Shown here: piece by piece, positions 30,431 through 40,619 of the stretch | Numbering within the stretch: position 1 is the first letter of the stretch | Layout: every line of letters starts with the position of its first letter | From: an uncultured Verrucomicrobiae bacterium | GTDB lineage: Bacteria > Verrucomicrobiota > Verrucomicrobiia > Chthoniobacterales > UBA10450 | Length of the DNA stretch: 64,000 nt | Reading direction: 5' to 3' | Assembly (NCBI GenBank): GCA_963824205.1 | Contig: CAWGOG010000004.1 | Coordinates: forward strand, 149,934-213,933 | The notes under the pieces: model-generated | The model's input: only the letters and a program-made list of their open reading frames with translations | Told to the model about the DNA's origin: nothing | Databases searched by the model: none | Translations under genes and position numbers: made by a program

Positions 30431-30790
30431 CTATTTTCGTTCGGACTCGATCGTGAACCACATCGGGTTGAGGTGAGCCAGTGGACCTTTGAGTTTCTCG
30501 ATCTCGACCCCCGGTCCGTGCACTTCGATCCGAACGAGATCGGCCATCTTGAGCATCTCCGCGAGCAATGCGCCGATGTTTTCGACATGCGCGAGCAAAC
30601 TTTCGGCGTCGCGGTAACCCTCGCGACAAAACACATCGTCGCCGTTAACGCTGAACCCGTAGAAGAGATTGTTTTTCTCAGCTGCGGTTTTCTCAACGAA
30701 GCGCGCGAACCCGGCTTTGATCGTCTCACGCTTTCCGGGATGCGCTTTGAAATACGGATGAAGGGTAACGAAGTCTGAGAGGACGCTCAT
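30431..30790 (-). CDS. Putative ABM (antibiotic-biosynthesis-monooxygenase-like) / Dabb-type small alpha+beta barrel protein
   Basis: The protein is about 120 aa from the internal Met (MSVLSDFVTLHPYFKAHPGKRETIKAGFARFVEK...). Its size and the pattern VHGPGVEIEKL are consistent with ABM-domain proteins, but the similarity is weak. Confidence 0.4.
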   Translation of the reverse strand: MSVLSDFVTLHPYFKAHPGKRETIKAGFARFVEKTAAEKNNLFYGFSVNGDDVFCREGYRDAESLLAHVENIGALLAEMLKMADLVRIEVHGPGVEIEKLKGPLAHLNPMWFTIESERK

Positions 30791-30896
30791 GTCGAAAACT
30801 ACTCCTGCGCGCATAAACTTGTCGAGGCGCAGCCGCTCGCACGCGGGTTTGGCGCCGAGTGCGAGACAATACTATTCCCGGTGGGGGCGACGGGCC

Positions 30897-33104
30897 TCAA
30901 TCGCCCTGGCGCTTCGGTGAAGCGCCGCTGCCAACCGCCGCAGGCGCCGGCTTTTTCAATGGATCGCCGTTCCCGGTCGCTCCCCCTCCGCTGAATTGCC
31001 GGATGAAGTCCTCCAGCGGCTTGGAACTACCGGCGGTTTCCTGGATGTTGATCCCGGCTTTCTCGCTCAGGATCAGGCTGAGCAACGTCTCAAGGACGCT
31101 CCCGCCCGTTTGTCCCTGCCCTTCACCCGATTTGCCTCCGGCGTTGCTGATGAACAATCTGCTAGGCACCAGCGGTTGAATGCTCTTGGAGAATTGATCC
31201 GCGAATACATTCAATGCGTAGAGCCGCGGATCGCGATAAGCCCCGACCTTTTGCAACGTGACCGCTGCCTCCGCCAGACCTACTTGCGCAATACGCGAGG
31301 ATTCGCCGCGCCCGATCAATTCTTTCGCGCGCGCTTCGCCTTCCGCGAGCGTCACCTGTTTCTTGGCTAACTGCTCCGCTTCGGCGAACTGCGCCTGACC
31401 TCGATTGGCCGCGATCTCGACCGCAATCGCACTCTGGGTCAATTCCGTTTGGCGTTCCGCCTTCGCTTGCGCCTGGTTGAGCGCCACCTGTTGCTGTGCC
31501 GCTTCCTGCTGTCGAGCGTAGGTCGCCCGCTGCTCGTCGGCCAATCGTCGCATGCGCAATTGATCGAACAAGGTTTCGATGGGATCGGCCTTTCCGGCCG
31601 CGGCTTCCCGCGATTCCGGCCGGCCAATCAGGACTGCGACCACATTGATGTCGTAACGTTTGAAACGTTCGCCCAACTGCTCCGTGGCTTGTTTCTGGAT
31701 TTCTTCGCGCTTGGTCAACAGATCGAGCATGTGCGATGTCTGAGCCACGTCGCGGAAGTAAGCCGTCAGTATGGGATCGAGCGTCTGCGTAATCAGCCGC
31801 TTGACGTCGCCAAACCGTTGCACCACCGACGGCGCCTTCTGGTAGTCGATATGCAGGACTAACGACAAAGGCAGACGCGGCTCATAACCGTCAGCCGTGA
31901 TCAAATCGATGCTGGTCAGGTCCTCATCGTAATGATGCGCTTCGGTCTGGCCGCTGATCCAGCGCAGGACGAAGTTGATCGTCGGAACGAGCTCAACTTT
32001 TACCGCGTACGGATTCAGCGCGTATTTGCCCGGAGCGAGCGCCGATCGCCAGACACCGCGGTGACCGGCCTCGACCTGTTCGCCGTAACGGAACGAATCG
32101 CCGGTAGTGTCGTCACCCGCGGCTCCGTGATACGAAACCACCACGCCGACATAACCAATTGGGATCAGGGTCTTGGCCTTGATCTCTACCGTGCCGAACC
32201 AACGATTGATGAAGAACGTGCCATCGGTTAGCACCTGCAATTGTTTGCCGCGTTTTCCGCCGAGTTGCAGGAACGCTTCCGGATCCTGGAAATAATTGTG
32301 ATCCTTTTCCGCGGTAGGTTTGACCTCGGGGGCAATGATTTCACCGGACCCAATCGTCGGGCCATCCTGAATACTCACCACACCGATCGTGTCGACGTTA
32401 GCATCGAACTCAGGCGTGGCCGCGGCTAACGAAGGAGGCGCGCCCCCTTCGCTCGCGCTCGTCTCGCTGACGCCACGGAAACGACTTTGTCCGCCCGCGC
32501 CGATGACCACCGGATCAAACGCGCGCATGGAAGCGAGTTGCGCCCTCCAAGACTCATAGCGATCGGCCGATTCTTTCACCGGCCCCGAAAACACGCGGTC
32601 TTCGGTGATGACAACAAACACTGCCAGGTTAATCGCGTAAACGCCTTCGCGCAGAATCCCGCGTTGCCGTCCTCGCTGGCCCTGGCCTTCGAAGAAACGG
32701 AGGGCGTCCTGGAAATGATTCGAATCTACGTTGCGACCAAGCGTTTGAATCGGCTCCAGCGGAACACCGTCGCGTGCGTAGACATAGGCCATTTTGCCTT
32801 CGCCAACGACCACGAGTGGTTCTCTGTGAATGCGATATTGCCACGGATACAATCCGAAGTGAATGCCGCCGCGCAGAAACTCGGCTTGAAAACCAGCCTT
32901 GCCGTTTCGCGCGATGATTTGACCTTCGCGCAGTGAACCTTTGCTGGTCCAATACTTCTCAATGATGCCAACCTGGGTGTGCGGAATGTAAACAATTCCC
33001 AGCAACCGCGGCAGGCAGAATAACAACACCACAACTGCGAGGCCTCCAAGTCCCCAAACCCACGGAGCGACCTCTGGAAGTGAGAGAGCAAGAGCGATGT
33101 TCAT
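30897..33104 (-). CDS. Flotillin-family (SPFH/band-7) membrane protein
   Basis: The 735-aa ORF has an N-terminal TM anchor, then an SPFH/band-7 core. A long Ala/Glu/Gln-rich coiled-coil typical of flotillin follows (QQEAAQQQVALNQAQAKAERQTELTQSAIAVEIAANRGQAQFAEAEQLAKKQVTLAEGEARAKELIG), and the C-terminal tail is Gly-rich. Confidence 0.85.
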   Translation of the reverse strand: MNIALALSLPEVAPWVWGLGGLAVVVLLFCLPRLLGIVYIPHTQVGIIEKYWTSKGSLREGQIIARNGKAGFQAEFLRGGIHFGLYPWQYRIHREPLVVVGEGKMAYVYARDGVPLEPIQTLGRNVDSNHFQDALRFFEGQGQRGRQRGILREGVYAINLAVFVVITEDRVFSGPVKESADRYESWRAQLASMRAFDPVVIGAGGQSRFRGVSETSASEGGAPPSLAAATPEFDANVDTIGVVSIQDGPTIGSGEIIAPEVKPTAEKDHNYFQDPEAFLQLGGKRGKQLQVLTDGTFFINRWFGTVEIKAKTLIPIGYVGVVVSYHGAAGDDTTGDSFRYGEQVEAGHRGVWRSALAPGKYALNPYAVKVELVPTINFVLRWISGQTEAHHYDEDLTSIDLITADGYEPRLPLSLVLHIDYQKAPSVVQRFGDVKRLITQTLDPILTAYFRDVAQTSHMLDLLTKREEIQKQATEQLGERFKRYDINVVAVLIGRPESREAAAGKADPIETLFDQLRMRRLADEQRATYARQQEAAQQQVALNQAQAKAERQTELTQSAIAVEIAANRGQAQFAEAEQLAKKQVTLAEGEARAKELIGRGESSRIAQVGLAEAAVTLQKVGAYRDPRLYALNVFADQFSKSIQPLVPSRLFISNAGGKSGEGQGQTGGSVLETLLSLILSEKAGINIQETAGSSKPLEDFIRQFSGGGATGNGDPLKKPAPAAVGSGASPKRQGD

Positions 33105-33433
33105 AATTTTTACTTTTACTTTCTATCTTTTGTTTTCGTCATCTTAGACAACGCAAACTTGAGGTTACGAGTTTCCGTTCGACCAATTTTTCGCAATAAA
33201 TTTCCCAGACGGGCATGCCACTTGAACGCGTTGAATAGCGTGAAAGTGACCACATCAAGAGCGCATACATAACGTGCCGAAATACGACCACTTGTGTGGC
33301 TTGGCATGCCGGTAGCAGCCTGGTGAATCCGTACCGGAGAGTTCAGTCTCACCCGTAGGATTGTGACCTACATTAACTTCCTCTAACGTTAGCAGCCGCG
33401 TTTCCCACGCAGTAGGGTTCGGGAATATTCGGC

Positions 33434-34180
33434 ATGTCTGCGATGGGACAACCCAACACATACTCGGCGCAATGGTTTGCCGCGTTTCACGACCAAATCG
33501 ATGAAGCGCGAACCGCTAGAGAGGTGGATTTCATCACCGAATGCCTGCCGCGTCCCGAGTTTTGCAGAATACTGGACGCCTGCTGTGGGACAGGGCGGCA
33601 CGCCAGAAGGCTCGCGGGATCTGGTTATGTCGTTACCGGAATCGACCGTAACGGCGAGGCCATCGCGCGCGCGATTTGCATTGGCGGCGGCCCCAGTTAT
33701 CTCCAGGGAGATATTCGCACACAGAAGTTTCCTTTGGGGCAGTTCGACGCCGCCATCGTAATGTCCCAAAGCTTCGGCTATTTCGATGAGGCGACAAACC
33801 GCAGAATTCTGCAAAGCCTGGCGAACGCCATCCGACCAGGAGGTCGAATCATTCTCGACCTGTGGAATCCTGCGTTTTTCATAAGGCATCAAGACACGCG
33901 TGAGCTTGAGAGTGCCATCGGGACAGTTACCGAAACGAAGCAAATGCGGGGCAATCGTTTGGTCGTGACCCTCAATTATCCAACCGGTGACGAGGAAGGA
34001 TTCGAGTGGCAACTCTTTACTCCGGCCGAAATGGACCTCCTGGCCGCATCCGTCGGCCTAACCAATTCCTTATCCTGCACCAACTTCACCCGGGCCTCTT
34101 TGGCCGTAGAATCCAACCCGCGTATTCAGTTTCTCCTGCAGAAGTCCGTTTGCGTCGCCAGCGGCGAAGTAATTGTATGA
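33434..34180 (+). CDS. Class I SAM-dependent methyltransferase
   Basis: The 248-aa ORF carries SAM motif I (ILDACCGTGRHARRLAGSGYVVTGIDRN) and the post-I acidic motif QGDIRTQ, plus the RPGGRIILD motif. Confidence 0.8.
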   Translation: MSAMGQPNTYSAQWFAAFHDQIDEARTAREVDFITECLPRPEFCRILDACCGTGRHARRLAGSGYVVTGIDRNGEAIARAICIGGGPSYLQGDIRTQKFPLGQFDAAIVMSQSFGYFDEATNRRILQSLANAIRPGGRIILDLWNPAFFIRHQDTRELESAIGTVTETKQMRGNRLVVTLNYPTGDEEGFEWQLFTPAEMDLLAASVGLTNSLSCTNFTRASLAVESNPRIQFLLQKSVCVASGEVIV

Positions 34181-34560
34181 ACACGTTCTCCCCTCCCCGT
34201 CGCTTTCCTCTGCTCACGATGGCTGCAACTATCCTCATGGTTTGCTTGATTTCTGCCCCGGTCGTCTTGGCGGACTCGGCGCAGGTCATCATTCATCGCG
34301 CACCGAACTTCGGTAACCGGCAATGGCTGCGAATCTGGATCGACGGCTATAAGGTCGAGCCTATTGCCGTCGGCCACGATTTCGCCGCTCCAATCTCATC
34401 CGGCCATCATGTGATTTCCGTCCTCCCATCGGACAATCCGTGGCATTACCCTCCAACGAGGCTGGTCCTAAACGCGCGCGCCGGTCGAACTTACGAATTC
34501 ACCACAGTCCGGGGGCAGAACGACCGCATTTTTCTTCAGAGCATCAATACCACGCGGTGA
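34177..34560 (+). CDS. Hypothetical secreted protein (ATGA-overlapped with upstream methyltransferase)
   Basis: The internal Met of ORF 34006-34560 is an ATG that overlaps the TGA of the upstream gene. The product is 127 aa with a signal peptide (MNTFSPPRRFPLLTMAATILMVCLISAPVVLA). Confidence 0.5.
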   Translation: MNTFSPPRRFPLLTMAATILMVCLISAPVVLADSAQVIIHRAPNFGNRQWLRIWIDGYKVEPIAVGHDFAAPISSGHHVISVLPSDNPWHYPPTRLVLNARAGRTYEFTTVRGQNDRIFLQSINTTR

Positions 34561-34795
34561 TATCGGACTACCGGCGAAAGTTGCGCCAAAGGTCTCAGTG
34601 AGGGCAGATGATCGTAATGGGTCTGCGGGATAGTCCGATTGCCTTGGTCGTCCTTGCAATCCCGTCCATCCTGCTCGGGGGTAGACTTGCAGCGAAGCGG
34701 CAGTAGCCGTCTCGACAGTCGCGCCGAAAATTCCCGAATTTCTTTTGGGTTAGGCTTGTCTCCTGGGAGGGCCCTCATCTACTCTGCGCGTTTCC

Positions 34796-35281
34796 ATGAT
34801 GTCCATAAAACTCATTTTTGCAGGAATGCTCTGCTCGCTGCTCTTTTCTCAGGCTCAGGCCGGCGATGCCGTGGCCATGGCATACAATTCCGACGGCGTT
34901 TGGACCGCAGTCACATACATTCGATCGACGACTCCAAAGGGCGGTGCCCATTACCACGAATCGACCGAGGCCGCGTCTTCCGCCCGGCAGGATTTGCATC
35001 GCCGCGCAGGCACCGACGTCTTCCGAACCAAAGTGATCGGCCAATCAGACCGAACCTGTTATGTCACCGTTGCGCGGGGCAAATCTTCCAAACCCAACAC
35101 CTGCGTTACCGTGATCGGCCGCGGGGACACACAATCGCAGGCAGACCAGGACGCCTTGCAACAACTGAGTCACGCCGCTGCGGCCGCGGACGAGAAAATC
35201 GTCTACCAGTACTTTTCTTACGGAACAGACTCGGACGTTTCATCTCATCCCAATCCAAAACACCCCGGATCTCACACGTAG
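34796..35281 (+). CDS. Hypothetical secreted protein (DUF4189-like pattern)
   Basis: The 161-aa ORF has a signal peptide (MMSIKLIFAGMLCSLLFSQAQA) followed by AVAMAYNSDGVWTAVTY. An Arg-rich ORF in another frame (34639-35484) was rejected as compositional. Confidence 0.5.
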   Translation: MMSIKLIFAGMLCSLLFSQAQAGDAVAMAYNSDGVWTAVTYIRSTTPKGGAHYHESTEAASSARQDLHRRAGTDVFRTKVIGQSDRTCYVTVARGKSSKPNTCVTVIGRGDTQSQADQDALQQLSHAAAAADEKIVYQYFSYGTDSDVSSHPNPKHPGSHT

Positions 35282-35330
35282 GAATCCGCGCTCGCTCCGA
35301 ATCGTTGTTAGGCGTGGCTGTCGACCGCCC

Positions 35331-37484
35331 TTACTTCACTTGCTCATCCGACAGACCGACTTTATGCAAGAAAATACTCCAGCGTGCATCGCTGCGAATA
35401 TTTTCGACCAGCGGATCTGCGCGTAAACCTGCCAGGCCAGGATCCCGCTGCTGCCGAGCGCGCTCCAGCCATTCGAACGCTTGATCCTTTTCTCCCCGAT
35501 AGGCATACACTTCCCCCACCTGGCATGCCGCGGTGTCTCCAAGATTTTTCAATTGTGTGAGCGCCGCATCCGATTCCGCGAATTTCTTCTGCGACCACCG
35601 CGCACAGGCGATCACGAGAAGCCGCGCCCACTCGGCGGAATCACCTTCTGACGCGGTCACCGCCTCCACAAACTTGCCCTCCAGGAGGTAACTGAGTCCG
35701 AGGCCAGCGTGAGCCCATGGCGCTCCGGGATTCAGCTCCATCACCTTCGGGTATTCCGCGCGCGCCTCATCGAACCGTTTCGCCGTTACCAGCGTGAAGG
35801 CAAGGAACGACCTGGCTAGCCCGTTCACCGGATCCAACGCAACCGCTTGCTTGTAGAATTCGATCGCACGATTCAGGTCACCGCGCGTTGTCTCAAGGTT
35901 GCCGGCAACGATGAGCACATCGGGATTCGAAGGTGCAAGAGTAAGGGCCTTCTTCAAGTCTTCCGACGAAGCTTTCACATCGAAATCGAAATTCAGTTCG
36001 ATGTTAGAACGGGTGAACAATGCTTCCACCAGATTGGGTTCGATCGCCAAAGCGCGCGCCACCGCTTCTCGGGCCGCCGCAAGGTGTTGTTCAAACCCAG
36101 CTCGTCCTATCGAGGTGGAAAACGCTGAGAACCAAGTGTGGGTGCTGGCAAGTCCAGCCCAGGCCAGAGCGAAATTGGGATCCAGTTGAACCGCGCGTTG
36201 AAAAGCGGCCAGAGCCTGCTCCTCTTCTTTTTCCGAGTGGCGATTGCCGAAGAAGCGGCCCTGCAAGTAATACTGATGCGCCTCGACGTTTTTCGTCCCG
36301 CCTTTTTCCGCGGCCTGCACCTCCGCCTGAATCTTCTCTTTGGTCGCTGAACCCGCTTCTCCTTCAGCGAACCGACTGCGCAGTTGCCCGACGATCGTTT
36401 GTGCGAGTTCAGTTTGCACCGCGAACACGTCCTTCAGATCACGCGTGTAGTTTTCCGACCAAAGATCCTCGCCGGTGTCGGCACGGGTGAGCCGCGCCGC
36501 GATCCGGACACTGTCACCCGCCTTGCGCACGCTTCCCTCAACCAGGTGCGCCACGCCGAGTTTCTGTCCAATTTCCTGCGCCGTCGCGTTCTTGCCCTTG
36601 AACGAAAACGCCGAAGTCCGCGCGGCCACGTGCAGTCCGGGAATTTTTTGCAGCACCGTGAGTAGCTCTTCGCTCACGCCGTCCGAAAAATATTCGCTGC
36701 CTTTATCGTCACTCAGGTTAACGAATGGCAAAACCGCGACGGAATTCTGATCGGTCGGCTTTGCCGGCGCGGTCGGAAGTGCCACGCTCGTCGTGTCGGT
36801 CAAGGGACGCTCGTGGTCGCGTTTGGCATGTTGCACCGACCACCAGACGCCGCTAAGTAGCCCGAGAGCTGCAATAACAGCAGCCCAAATCGGCAGCGGC
36901 GATTTATTTGAGGCGGCTGTGCCCGTGCCGGGCGCTGCTTTCGGACCCGCTTCCCAGGGCAACACGATTCGGAATAAATCCATCGGCAGACTGATGTTCT
37001 TTAAATCCGCCGAGCCGAATTTTTCAAACCTCGCCTCGAGCGCGTTACGAATCTGACGCTCAACATCCATGGACACACAAATGCCGCCCGCGCCGGCCAA
37101 CGGTTCGATGCGCGAAGCAATGTTCACACCGTCGCCGTAGACATCGCCGTCGCGATGCATCACGTCGCCGATATGAATTCCGATCTTGAGTTCTATCCGG
37201 CGGACGGCGCTGACATCATGGTTCCGCTTGGCCAGCGTCCGTTGGATTTCGATGGCACATTGGGCTGCTTCGAGTGCACTGCCGAACTCCACCAGGAAGG
37301 CGTCGCCGATGGTTTTGATCTCCGTTCCGTGAAAGCGTGGAAAGATTTCGCGCAACAACCGCCGATGCTCCTCGAGCAATTCGAGCGCCAGCTTGTCATC
37401 GCGCTGAGACAGCGCGCTATAGCCCACCATGTCGGTGAACATGATGGCCGCGAGTCGGCGTTGTTCGGTCTCGTCCAGAGGCAC
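35331..37484 (-). CDS. Class III adenylate/guanylate cyclase (canonical catalytic motifs) fused to TM / TolB-N-like domain / TPR repeats
   Basis: The 717-aa ORF has canonical cyclase motifs: FTDMVGYSAL, KTIGDAFLVEF, IGIHIGDV and GDGVNIASRIE. A TM helix (IWAAVIAALGLLSGVWW) follows, then SVAVLPFVNLSDDKGSEYFSDGVSEELLTVLQKIPGLHVAARTS and a TPR region. Confidence 0.85.
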   Translation of the reverse strand: MPLDETEQRRLAAIMFTDMVGYSALSQRDDKLALELLEEHRRLLREIFPRFHGTEIKTIGDAFLVEFGSALEAAQCAIEIQRTLAKRNHDVSAVRRIELKIGIHIGDVMHRDGDVYGDGVNIASRIEPLAGAGGICVSMDVERQIRNALEARFEKFGSADLKNISLPMDLFRIVLPWEAGPKAAPGTGTAASNKSPLPIWAAVIAALGLLSGVWWSVQHAKRDHERPLTDTTSVALPTAPAKPTDQNSVAVLPFVNLSDDKGSEYFSDGVSEELLTVLQKIPGLHVAARTSAFSFKGKNATAQEIGQKLGVAHLVEGSVRKAGDSVRIAARLTRADTGEDLWSENYTRDLKDVFAVQTELAQTIVGQLRSRFAEGEAGSATKEKIQAEVQAAEKGGTKNVEAHQYYLQGRFFGNRHSEKEEEQALAAFQRAVQLDPNFALAWAGLASTHTWFSAFSTSIGRAGFEQHLAAAREAVARALAIEPNLVEALFTRSNIELNFDFDVKASSEDLKKALTLAPSNPDVLIVAGNLETTRGDLNRAIEFYKQAVALDPVNGLARSFLAFTLVTAKRFDEARAEYPKVMELNPGAPWAHAGLGLSYLLEGKFVEAVTASEGDSAEWARLLVIACARWSQKKFAESDAALTQLKNLGDTAACQVGEVYAYRGEKDQAFEWLERARQQRDPGLAGLRADPLVENIRSDARWSIFLHKVGLSDEQVK

Positions 37485-37585
37485 GGCAGGATTAAATCAG
37501 AGACCTCCCAAAAGAACAGGCAATCCTGTCTTAGATGAGGGACCTCCAGACCTTAGCCGCGCCGCTGGTAACGTCCACCCGGCTT

Positions 37586-40282
37586 TTATTCGTAGCGCAG
37601 CGCCAGCATCGGATCGATCCGCGTCGCTCGTAACGCCGGAATGAGACTAGCCAGCATGGCGACGCCGATGAGCACGCAAGAGATGCTCAAAAATGTGAGC
37701 GGATCGGTGGCGCTGATTCCAAACAGCAGGCTCGACATCACCCGCGTCAAAATGACTGCCGCGAGAAGCCCGAGTCCTACTCCGATGCCGACAAGCTTCA
37801 AGCCCTGTCCAACGGTCATTCGCAAAACATCGCGCCGCTGCGCCCCCAAAGCCATGCGGATGCCAATCTCACGCGTGCGTTGCGCGACTGAATAACTCAT
37901 GACCCCGTAAATGCCAACCGCCGCCAGGACCAGCGCCAGGCTGGCGAACACGCCTAACAACACCATGCTGAATCGTTGCCGCGCCACCGCGCCGGCCACG
38001 ATGTGTTCCATCGAATCGATGTTGGCGACCGTCTGATCTTTGTTCACCGCCCAAATGGCGTTGCGCACTGAGGTTGCCAGGCTCAACGGCGTCACCGTAG
38101 TTCGAACAACAAGGGCGTTCGGCGCCAGGCTCTTCAGTTGTCGATAGCTCAGGTACATCTGCATTTTCGGTTCGGCGATGAAATCATTTTGCCGCACATC
38201 CTTCACAACCCCGATAACCGTGCGCCAGGGATTTTCCGACGCGCTCGCACCCGCCTTTAGTCGTTTGCCGATCGGATCCACGTTAGGCCAATAGTGTTGC
38301 GCCGTTTTTTCGCTGATCACTACAGCCGGCGTCGCATCGAGGTTGTCTTGATCATTGAAATCTCGCCCGTGCACGAGCCCAATACCCATGGTGCCAAAGT
38401 AACCTGGACCGACCGCGCGGTAGATAACGTCCGGCCACTGATCAGACGGCGGATCCGGCAATCCCTCGACCGCGATTCCCATGGAATCTCCGTTGTAGGT
38501 GAACGGCAGATTTCCGGCCACGGCGACAGACTGCACACCCGGGAGAGTTTGTACCCGCCGCACGACCTCATCAAAAAAAGCGGAGCGCGACGCGTTATCG
38601 GGATATTTCGCCTCCGACAAATCCACGTTCAGGGCAAGCAAGTGATCCGCTCGGAAACCGGGATCAAGATTACGCAGATGCATGAAACTATTGATGAGGA
38701 GGCCAGCGCCGATCAGGAGCAAAAATGAAACCGCAACCTCGGCGATCACCAGAGCGCTTCGGAGACGTTTTCCACGTGCGCCGCTGGAGTCGCGCGCACC
38801 TTCTTTCAGAGTGTCGTTCAAATCAAAGCGTGCGGCCTGGCTTGCAGGTGCCAGGCCAAAAATCAAACCGGCCAACAAAGCCATGATGAGAGTGAATATG
38901 AGCACTCTGGCATCAATCGGAATTGTGTCGGCATGAGCAAGGTCCGCCGGAACGAAGCGTGTCAGTACTTGCAGACCGGCATAGGCGAAAGCCAGCCCAA
39001 CACCGCCACCGCAGACCGAGAGCATGACACTTTCGACCAGAAGCTGCTTCGTCAGGCGCGCACGATTGGCCCCGAGGGCCAGCCGCAAAGCAATCTCCTT
39101 TTGCCGCGCAGCCGCCCGGGCCAAGAGCAAGTTAGCGACATTGGCACACGCAATCAGAAGCACAAAGATGACCGCGCCTAACAAAATCAGCAGCGCCGGC
39201 TTCATATTACCGACGACTTCCTCATGCAGTGGATTGACCACCGCACCGATGCGCAGATTGTATTTCGGATACTCCTGGGCCAGGCGTGTCGCGATCGTAT
39301 CCATCTCCGCTCGCGCCTGGGCCAATGCGATACCTGGTTTCATCCTCCCGATCACTTCCAGGAAGTGATCACCGCGATTGGCTGCCTCTTCCGGCGAAAA
39401 TGCCATTGGCACCCAGACTTGATCGCGCCATTTTCCGTACGCCGGCAGTTGAACATTGGCCGGCAAAACGCCGACAACAGTGTAACTCTCACCATTCAGG
39501 GCCAGACCGCGTCCAATCACAGTCGGATCCCCGCCGAAGCGGCGTCTCCATAAGCTTTCGTTCAGAAGCGCCACTTTCGTCCCGGGCTTGTCGTCATCCG
39601 GTGAAAAGGTCCGGCCCACCAGCGGTTTCACGCCTAACACATCAAAGAGATTGGCCGAAACGCGGCGACCATCCAATCGCTCCGGCTCGCCGGCCCCAGT
39701 CAGATTGAAACTGCGCTGCGCAAACGCAGCCATTCCCTGGAAGATCGTGTTCTGTTTTTGCCAATCCAGAAAGTTCGCCGGCGAAGGAGTGTTCTTCGGG
39801 AAACCGAGATGCGCCGCGTTTTCCCATATGACCACGAGTTGGGCCGGCTTATTGAAAGGAAGCGGACGGAGCAGGATGCTATTGACTACGCTGAAGATCG
39901 CTGTGTTCGCGCCAATTCCGAGGCCGAGCGCCAGAAGCGCGATGGTGGTAAAGCCCGGATTCTTGATCATCATCCGGAGGCCGTAACGAATATCCTGTGA
40001 CAGATCCCCCAGGAAGTTGCCCCGCACCTGTCCACCCATCGGTGTCATTTGGTTAGGCGCGCGTCGTTCTACCCCCTTAAGTTCCGCGCCGAGCCGGCCG
40101 GCCACATCCAACTCATCCAGCACCGAATCCTTTGCTTCCGCTTCGCTGGCGCCGCGTGTTATTGCCCGTTCGTACTCGTCCTCCAGATGCTGGGAAAGTT
40201 CTTCCACGATTTCCCCTTCGCGCCCGGGCGGGAGCTGCAATCCCACCAGTTGTTTCCGGATCTCCGCTTTGAAATCAGGCAT
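37586..40282 (-). CDS. ABC transporter permease, MacB/FtsX-like duplicated 'ADOP' type
   Basis: The 898-aa ORF has the permease prefix MPDFKAEIRKQLVGLQLPPGREGEIVEELSQHLEDEYE. It then carries two MacB-like periplasmic/FtsX 4-TM modules, with the usual ADOP-type organisation. Confidence 0.9.
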   Translation of the reverse strand: MPDFKAEIRKQLVGLQLPPGREGEIVEELSQHLEDEYERAITRGASEAEAKDSVLDELDVAGRLGAELKGVERRAPNQMTPMGGQVRGNFLGDLSQDIRYGLRMMIKNPGFTTIALLALGLGIGANTAIFSVVNSILLRPLPFNKPAQLVVIWENAAHLGFPKNTPSPANFLDWQKQNTIFQGMAAFAQRSFNLTGAGEPERLDGRRVSANLFDVLGVKPLVGRTFSPDDDKPGTKVALLNESLWRRRFGGDPTVIGRGLALNGESYTVVGVLPANVQLPAYGKWRDQVWVPMAFSPEEAANRGDHFLEVIGRMKPGIALAQARAEMDTIATRLAQEYPKYNLRIGAVVNPLHEEVVGNMKPALLILLGAVIFVLLIACANVANLLLARAAARQKEIALRLALGANRARLTKQLLVESVMLSVCGGGVGLAFAYAGLQVLTRFVPADLAHADTIPIDARVLIFTLIMALLAGLIFGLAPASQAARFDLNDTLKEGARDSSGARGKRLRSALVIAEVAVSFLLLIGAGLLINSFMHLRNLDPGFRADHLLALNVDLSEAKYPDNASRSAFFDEVVRRVQTLPGVQSVAVAGNLPFTYNGDSMGIAVEGLPDPPSDQWPDVIYRAVGPGYFGTMGIGLVHGRDFNDQDNLDATPAVVISEKTAQHYWPNVDPIGKRLKAGASASENPWRTVIGVVKDVRQNDFIAEPKMQMYLSYRQLKSLAPNALVVRTTVTPLSLATSVRNAIWAVNKDQTVANIDSMEHIVAGAVARQRFSMVLLGVFASLALVLAAVGIYGVMSYSVAQRTREIGIRMALGAQRRDVLRMTVGQGLKLVGIGVGLGLLAAVILTRVMSSLLFGISATDPLTFLSISCVLIGVAMLASLIPALRATRIDPMLALRYE

Positions 40283-40619
40283 ACTCGATTCCCGTTATTC
40301 TTCCGATGGCCTCTACAAAATCCCGCCAACCGTCGCGCTGCGACGCCAGGACCTTCCGACCGGCGGCTGTCAGGCGATAATATCGCCGCCGCCGTTGTCC
40401 GGCTTTCTCAACCCAGCGTCCACGGATCCAGCCGCGCTTTTCCAGGCGATACAACAACGGGTAGAGCGAGGCGACATTGAACCGAAGCGCGCCGCGCGAG
40501 CGCAGTTCGATCAACTGGCCGATGTCATACCCATGGCGCGGCCGGTCTTCCACCAGCGAAAGAATCAGCAACTCCGCGCTTCCCTTCTTTAATTCGCGAT
40601 CCAGCGCCCGTGAAGCCAT
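40275..40619 (-). CDS. PadR family transcriptional regulator
   Basis: The 114-aa ORF carries the PadR wHTH signature LILSLVEDRPRHGYDIGQLIELRSRGALRFNVASLYPLLYRLEKRGWI. It overlaps the downstream ADOP permease gene by 8 nt. Confidence 0.9.
   Translation of the reverse strand: MASRALDRELKKGSAELLILSLVEDRPRHGYDIGQLIELRSRGALRFNVASLYPLLYRLEKRGWIRGRWVEKAGQRRRRYYRLTAAGRKVLASQRDGWRDFVEAIGRITGIEYA

Noticed and set aside
34639-35484. 281-aa plus-strand ORF rich in Arg/Ser/Pro
   Set aside because: The composition is typical of an out-of-frame reading of GC-rich DNA. It overlaps the better-supported signal-peptide gene 34796-35281 and the 3' end of the minus-strand cyclase gene.
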